64,000 nt of DNA from Candidatus Hecatella orcuttiae (GTDB lineage: Archaea > Thermoproteota > Bathyarchaeia > Hecatellales > Hecatellaceae). A program made the position numbers and the translations under genes. Under the pieces are notes generated by a model that made no database searches, was not told the DNA's origin, and saw only the letters and a list, made by a program, of their open reading frames with translations. Positions within the stretch are counted from its first letter, which is position 1, and every line of letters begins with the position of its first letter. Below, one piece after another: positions 57,996 through 64,000 of the stretch. Location: the NCBI GenBank assembly GCA_002011035.2, contig MTLY02000003.1:320001-384000 (forward strand), in the 5' to 3' direction.

Positions 57996-58826
57996 TTACC
58001 TGCTGGGGTTCAGCGCCTCGTCCATGCTTCCCGTCCTGTAGCCTGTTAGGTCTAAGGCCACATAACGGTAGCCCAGCTTCCTTAAGCCTTCCGCCACCCT
58101 GTCCATGAGGGCTTCGTCGAAGAAGAGGCGCCTCTCCTCTTTTCCAACCTCGATGCGAGCTATGCCTTGGTGGTCTCGAACCCTCAGCTGCTTGACTCCC
58201 ACGGTTTTTTTGATGAAAACTTCAGCCTCCGCCACTCTCCTGAGGCCTTCGGCTGTAATCCTCTCCCCGTAGGGAAACCTGGAAGAAAGACAGGCCATCG
58301 ACGGTTTTCCCGCGGTGGGCAGCCTGAGCATTTCAGCCAGCAGATAGACTTCCCTCTTGGTGATGCCTGCCTCGGCTAAAGGGCTGCGTACGCCTTCCTC
58401 CCGGAGGGCCAGCGCCCCAGGCCTGTGCCCTTGAAGGTCCTCAGCGTTGGTGCCGTCCACCACGGCGTCGAGGCCTTCCTCCCGGGCGATTTTTTTCAGG
58501 GCCTCTAGGAGCTGCTTTTTGCAGTAGTAGCAGCGGTTGGGAGGGTTGGCTGCGAAGCGGGGGTCGTCCAGCTCGTCGACCTTCACCACCCTGTGCCTGA
58601 TGCCCAAGGCCTCCGCCACCTTTCGGGCTTCCTCTAACTCACCCGGGGGAAGAGTTGAGGAGTCAGCGGTCACGGCCAGCACCCTGTCGCCCAAGGCTTT
58701 CTTAGCTGTAGCGGCCACGAGGGAGCTGTCCACACCGCCTGAGAAAGCGACCACCACCCCCTTTAAAGCTTGGAGGTTTTTGAGCATTCCTTCGAATTTT
58801 TCTTCCAGCTGCCGGCTTTCCTCCAT
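57996..58826 (-). CDS. larE: ATP-dependent sacrificial sulfur transferase LarE
   Basis: AFSGGVDS, RCYYCK, DGTN, ACLSSRFPYG, LRVRDH. Confidence 0.92.
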   Translation of the reverse strand: MEESRQLEEKFEGMLKNLQALKGVVVAFSGGVDSSLVAATAKKALGDRVLAVTADSSTLPPGELEEARKVAEALGIRHRVVKVDELDDPRFAANPPNRCYYCKKQLLEALKKIAREEGLDAVVDGTNAEDLQGHRPGALALREEGVRSPLAEAGITKREVYLLAEMLRLPTAGKPSMACLSSRFPYGERITAEGLRRVAEAEVFIKKTVGVKQLRVRDHQGIARIEVGKEERRLFFDEALMDRVAEGLRKLGYRYVALDLTGYRTGSMDEALNPSR

Positions 58827-58899
58827 GGCCCTTACCTTCGCAGCCGCCTGAGCATAGGTTAGAGGGGGTGTTGGCGGTTTAAAAACTAGGCCGAGCCTT

Positions 58900-59838
<939 letters not shown>

Positions 59839-59909
59839 CTATGCCGCGGGGACATACATTTATTAATTGATCGGTGGAGTCTATTTTAGCTTTGGAGTCC
59901 GTGTCCGCA

Positions 59910-60374
59910 GTGGTCAGCGAGGAGCTTCGGGTGGAAAAAATCAGGGACGGAACGGTCATCGACCACATCGACGCGGGAACCGCCTTGGCGGTGCTGAGGA
60001 TTCTGGGCATCACAGGCCGGGAGGGCTACGTGGTAAGCCTTCTGATGAATGTCTCCAGCAAGAAACTGGGAAAGAAGGACATGGTGAAGGTGGAAGGCCG
60101 GGAGCTCAGCCCCACCGAAGTCCAAGAGATAGCCTTGGTCGCGCCTAACGCCACCATCAACATCATCAGAAACTTCAAAGTCCTGAGGAAGGAGAGGGTC
60201 AAGCCGCCTGACCTTGTCAAGGATTTGCTGAAATGCCCCAACCCTGCCTGCGTCACCAACAGCCCGGAGCCCGTTAAGGCCGTGTTCCACGTGGAGGTCT
60301 CCGACGGCGTCACCCTACGGTGCTACCACTGCGGCATCCTCATGGAAAAGGAGGACATCCTCAAACAGTTCTAA
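59910..60374 (+). CDS. pyrI: Aspartate carbamoyltransferase regulatory subunit
   Basis: DGTVIDHI, KKDMVK, CPNPACVT, CYHC; start uncertain (ORF open from 59874). Confidence 0.95.
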   Translation: MVSEELRVEKIRDGTVIDHIDAGTALAVLRILGITGREGYVVSLLMNVSSKKLGKKDMVKVEGRELSPTEVQEIALVAPNATINIIRNFKVLRKERVKPPDLVKDLLKCPNPACVTNSPEPVKAVFHVEVSDGVTLRCYHCGILMEKEDILKQF

Positions 60375-60393
60375 GCGGAGGGAGCAACGGGAA

Positions 60394-60711
60394 GTGGCAA
60401 AAATAGCCGTGGTAGCCGACCCCGACGTGGCCTCCTACTTCAGGGTCACTGGAGTCAAAAAAGCCTACGGCGTCAAAACAGCCAAGGAGGCCGCGGAGGC
60501 CCTCAGGAAGCTGGCTGGGGAGAAGGAGGTAGCCGTCATCATCGTCACCGAAAAAATCGCCGAAGAAATAAAACCCGTCATCGAAGAGGTGGGCAAGAGG
60601 GTTTACCCCACGGTGATAACCATCCCCGGAAAAGAAGGCCCCATCCCCGGGAAGGTTCCCTCAGTCATGGACTTGGTCAAAAGAACCGTAGGAGTAGAAA
60701 TAAAACTCTAA
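60394..60711 (+). CDS. A/V-type ATP synthase subunit F
   Basis: KIAVVAD, F..TGV, P.VITIP, VKRTVGVEI. Confidence 0.88.
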   Translation: MAKIAVVADPDVASYFRVTGVKKAYGVKTAKEAAEALRKLAGEKEVAVIIVTEKIAEEIKPVIEEVGKRVYPTVITIPGKEGPIPGKVPSVMDLVKRTVGVEIKL

Positions 60712-61070
60712 CCGATCCGAGACAACTCTTCCTTGGTTTTTTGGATGTAGCGCTGGTAGAGGTTGGTTTTGCTGTAGCATTTTTTGCAGAGGCAGTAGGT
60801 GGGAATGTCCCGGCTGGGACAGGTGGCTGCGTACTCGCAGACACCGCAGGGGAAAACAGCGCCGCAGAGGTAGCAGGTCTGAGCGAACTCCACCTCCTCC
60901 CCCAGCAGCGGAACGAGCAAAGCCTTGATCCTATCGAAGTTTTCCAAGTCTTCAATGTAGAAAGTCCGGGTTGCCCGGTCGTAGCCTAGGCCGGCTCTCA
61001 TCAACTCAATGAACTTGTCCTTCCCCATGAAGGCCAGTTTAATGCCTGTTCGGGTTATCCTCTTCACCAT
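60708..61070 (-). CDS. Hypothetical protein with C-terminal Cys-rich zinc-binding domain
   Basis: CYLC, CGVC, C, CLCKKC. Confidence 0.7.
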   Translation of the reverse strand: MVKRITRTGIKLAFMGKDKFIELMRAGLGYDRATRTFYIEDLENFDRIKALLVPLLGEEVEFAQTCYLCGAVFPCGVCEYAATCPSRDIPTYCLCKKCYSKTNLYQRYIQKTKEELSRIG

Positions 61071-61083
61071 CGACGCTTCCCCC

Positions 61084-62373
61084 TCACCGCCGGGCTCCCC
61101 GCCTCCCAGCAGGTTTCCTCCCCCTAGCCGGCGCGGAGCTGGGCTTAGCGGCTTCCCCCTTCAAGTAGGCCACAGCAGCCTCGTCGAGGCCCAGCCAGGA
61201 AGCCAGCTGAGCGGCGGCGGCTTCTTTGCTGTGCTGGAACATCACCCTCAGGTAGGGGAGGAAGTCAGCGGCGGCCCTCCGGCGGGAAACATGGCACTTC
61301 ACTCCTATCTTGGCGCTTATTTCCTTGATAAGCTCCCTCTGAGCCTTGGTCCTGCCGAGGATGAGAATCCGGCTGGGGGGAAACCGGTAGCCGGCTGGGG
61401 TGTATTTTCCCCTCCGCGCAGCGGCGACGCCCATGCTCATCTGCTCCAGCGCGTAGCTGAGAAGCCCCCAGTTTTGAGTCCGCTTAACCCTGCCGAAGAA
61501 GACGTCGGCGCGGGACAGCGCATCGTAGCCGGCTGCCAGGTCTTCAGGGTCGGTGAACTGGTAGGGGAGGTTCTCATGCACCGAGAGGTGGAGGAGGTCG
61601 CGGTCCACCTCCGCCTCCGCCTGAGCTCTTTTAGCGTAGAGGGGGTTGTTGGTCAGGAAGATTTCCCCCAAAACCTCTTGAACGGAGAGCTGCCGGTCTC
61701 TGGCGGTCAGCTTCTCCACGTCGACAGCCCGGAGGCTTCGGGTTTTCTCCGCCAAGGCTTGAAGGTCGTTGACAGCCGACCGAACGTCCCCCCGGCTTCG
61801 GGCTGCGATGAGCTTGAGGGCTTCCTCCTCCGCCTCCAAACCCTCCCTCCGGCAGATTTCCTCCAGCCAAGCCACCATGACCGGAGGCCTGACCTTTTGA
61901 AACCTGATGGTGAGGCAGGCGTTCTTCAGCTCCCTCAGCCGCATGTCCGAAATGTCATTGGCCGTCAGGGCGACGGGAACCTTTGACTCCTCCAGCAGTT
62001 TGAGGATCGCCCCCAAGCCCCCTTGGTCTTCGCGGCCGTAGATGCCGTCCACCTCGTCCAGCAGGATGAGGACGCCCTTGGAGTCTGAGAAAAACTGGAA
62101 GATGGAGGACTCCGACGCCGCATGGCCTGCGGTGCGCATGATCTTCTCCGCTGTTCTAGCGTCGCTGGCGTTCATCTCAATTAGGTCGTAGGCAGCTGCC
62201 TTGGCCGCCGCGTGGACGAGGGCGGTCTTCCCCACTCCTGGAGGCCCGTGGAGGAGAGCCGCCTTACCTCCCGGCTTCCATTTTTTCAGCCAAGACAGAA
62301 ATTTGAGTTTAGCCTCCTCGTTGCCCACGACCTCCTCGGGGGTTTGAGGCCGGTGTTTCTCCACCCACATCAT
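61084..62373 (-). CDS. rfcL: Replication factor C large subunit
   Basis: WVEKHRP, GPPGVGKT, EMNASD, LDEVDG; start at MMWVEK rather than the ORF-track 62790. Confidence 0.95.
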   Translation of the reverse strand: MMWVEKHRPQTPEEVVGNEEAKLKFLSWLKKWKPGGKAALLHGPPGVGKTALVHAAAKAAAYDLIEMNASDARTAEKIMRTAGHAASESSIFQFFSDSKGVLILLDEVDGIYGREDQGGLGAILKLLEESKVPVALTANDISDMRLRELKNACLTIRFQKVRPPVMVAWLEEICRREGLEAEEEALKLIAARSRGDVRSAVNDLQALAEKTRSLRAVDVEKLTARDRQLSVQEVLGEIFLTNNPLYAKRAQAEAEVDRDLLHLSVHENLPYQFTDPEDLAAGYDALSRADVFFGRVKRTQNWGLLSYALEQMSMGVAAARRGKYTPAGYRFPPSRILILGRTKAQRELIKEISAKIGVKCHVSRRRAAADFLPYLRVMFQHSKEAAAAQLASWLGLDEAAVAYLKGEAAKPSSAPARGRKPAGRRGARR

Positions 62374-62390
62374 CTGAGGCTCGGCGGGCT

Positions 62391-63377
62391 TCAGGCCTTC
62401 TCCCCCAGCTGAGAGCCGTATTTGACCAGCTGGGCCAGCAGTGCGCTCAGCTGGATGTCGTCGTTGGCTCCTTCGACCAGGCGGAAGTCGTATTCGCCGA
62501 TGATGTCCGCCAGTTCGATCTGAGCCTTGGGGGGAAGCTTCAGGTTGAAGATTTCCCGGTGAACCTGCCGGATGATGTCGCTTCCCGACATCCCATAGGT
62601 GGCCATGAGCGTGTAGAGGGTGTTCCGAGCCTCCAGGAAGTCTCCTTTCAAAGCCTTTCCCAGCATGTCCCTTATCTCCTCGGAGCCGGCTTTCCCCATC
62701 ACCTGCAGGACGGTTTTCCTGTCCACAGTCCTGCCTACGGTGGCGGCGGCTTGGAGGGTGTTCACAGCTCTCCTCAAGTCCCCACCGCAATGCTCGATGA
62801 GAGCCTCAACACCGCTGTCTTGGAGGTTCAGCTTCTCCTTCTTGGCTATGAAGCGGAGGTAGTTTTCCACATCCCCCCTCGCCAGGGGAGCGAACCTGAA
62901 GATGGCGCAGCGGCTTTGGATGGGCTCGATGATCTTGCCGGAGTAGTTGCAGATGAGGATAAACCGGGAAGTCCGACTGTTGGCTTCCATGATCCTCCGC
63001 AGGGCAGTTTGAGCCTCTGCAGTCATCTGGTCGCTTTCATCCAAGATGACCAAGCCGAAGGGAACCTTCGCCATAGTCCCGAGGACATGCCTAGTGAAGT
63101 TTTTTATCCTCTCCCTGACCATCTGGATGCCTCTCTCATCTGAGGCATTGAGTTCGAGGACGTAGTTTCTCCAGCCGGGGCCAAGAAGCTGCCTAGCTAG
63201 GCAAAGGGCCACGGAGGTCTTTCCGTTTCCGGGGGGCCCGGCGAAGAGGAGGTGAGGCATGGTGTTGGGGGACTTCAGAAAGCCCTTGAGGCTTTCGATA
63301 ACCGACTTGTGGTCTACAACCTCATCCAGCATTTTAGGCCGGTATTTTTCCACCCACATAACGGCTTCTTCGCTCAT
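62391..63377 (-). CDS. rfcS: Replication factor C small subunit
   Basis: WVEKYRP, GPPGNGKT, ELNASDERG, LDESD, IQSRC. Confidence 0.97.
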   Translation of the reverse strand: MSEEAVMWVEKYRPKMLDEVVDHKSVIESLKGFLKSPNTMPHLLFAGPPGNGKTSVALCLARQLLGPGWRNYVLELNASDERGIQMVRERIKNFTRHVLGTMAKVPFGLVILDESDQMTAEAQTALRRIMEANSRTSRFILICNYSGKIIEPIQSRCAIFRFAPLARGDVENYLRFIAKKEKLNLQDSGVEALIEHCGGDLRRAVNTLQAAATVGRTVDRKTVLQVMGKAGSEEIRDMLGKALKGDFLEARNTLYTLMATYGMSGSDIIRQVHREIFNLKLPPKAQIELADIIGEYDFRLVEGANDDIQLSALLAQLVKYGSQLGEKA

Positions 63378-63493
63378 AATCCTTCAACCAAACTACGTAG
63401 AGCTCCGATAATAAGATATATCTTTCAACCTTCGCCAATGTAACTTTTATTAAACTCCAATTTTTATTGATAGGGTTAAGAAGGGGTTGCCCT

Positions 63494-64000
63494 TTGATTC
63501 TCTCTGACTTCGACCTTTTGAATTATATCCGAGAAAGGCGGCTGGTGATCAGGCCTTTCAAGAAGGATACTCTCCGCGAGAACGGTGTCGACCTCCACTT
63601 GGGGGACACCATAGCCCGGCTGAGGCCTTCAAGCCGGATTCTGGACACTCGGGGAACACCGGGGATAGAAGGTTTCTACTCTGTGGAGAAAGCGAAGGCC
63701 TTCACCATTCAGCCCAACGAAAAAGTTCTGGTAAGCACCTTGGAGCATGTGGAAATACCCTCAGACCTCATGGGCTTCGTGGAGCTGCGCTCCACTTTCG
63801 CCCGGTGCGGAATCCTCCTGCCGCCTACCATTCTCGATGGAGGCTTTAAGGGAAACATCACCATCGAAATCCTAGGCTCCGCCTTCCCGGTTAGGCTTTA
63901 CAGCGGAGACCGCTTCGCCCACGTGGTCTTCGCCAAGCTGACCTCCCCGCTGGGAAGACCTTACGACGGCAAGTATCAAGGCCAACAGGGCATCGCCCTC
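63494..64000 (+). CDS. dcd: dCTP deaminase, 3'-truncated by window edge
   Basis: Manual translation MILSDFD...RENGVDL...LRSTFARCG...DGGFKGNITIE...YDGKYQGQQG. Confidence 0.92.
   Translation, partial: MILSDFDLLNYIRERRLVIRPFKKDTLRENGVDLHLGDTIARLRPSSRILDTRGTPGIEGFYSVEKAKAFTIQPNEKVLVSTLEHVEIPSDLMGFVELRSTFARCGILLPPTILDGGFKGNITIEILGSAFPVRLYSGDRFAHVVFAKLTSPLGRPYDGKYQGQQGIAL

Noticed and set aside
62374-62790. Long N-terminal extension of RFC large subunit in the ORF track
   Set aside because: Overlaps rfcS out of frame; homology begins at MMWVEK (62373)

Overview
Archaeal chromosomal window. Markers (S25e, tandem thermosome subunits, RFC small/large, archease-RtcB, CdhAB, MtaA-type methyltransferase, CFI-box-CTERM proteins, a multi-intron tRNA) point to a TACK-lineage anaerobe, plausibly Bathyarchaeia (inference). 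Most of it is housekeeping and metabolic genes. An accessory block follows tRNA-Pro (about 36.2-47.0 kb): subtilase, regulators, surface proteins, then an AT-rich decayed glycosylation/restriction patch. I saw no CRISPR array, integrase or transposase. The best leads are: (1) an HTH + ATP-cone + class III ribonucleotide reductase protein that appears to lack both active-site Cys and the glycyl-radical Gly, a candidate nucleotide-sensing pseudoenzyme regulator; (2) a CetZ-type tubulin-family GTPase with a C-terminal Cren7-like Zn-ribbon, divergent from an unannotated 50-aa CdrS/aCcr1-like RHH gene; (3) a tRNA-Ser(UGA) with three BHB introns, one at position 8/9; (4) a membrane-spanning HTH sensor module that shares its extracellular domain with a downstream surface protein and has a palindromic operator; (5) a C/D-box sRNA; (6) a 236-bp identical tract between the thermosome paralogs; (7) a split GT-C/AglB-like pair beside a phosphoribosyl-polyprenol synthase. 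All calls come from motif recognition by eye. No database searches were run, and several start codons are estimates.
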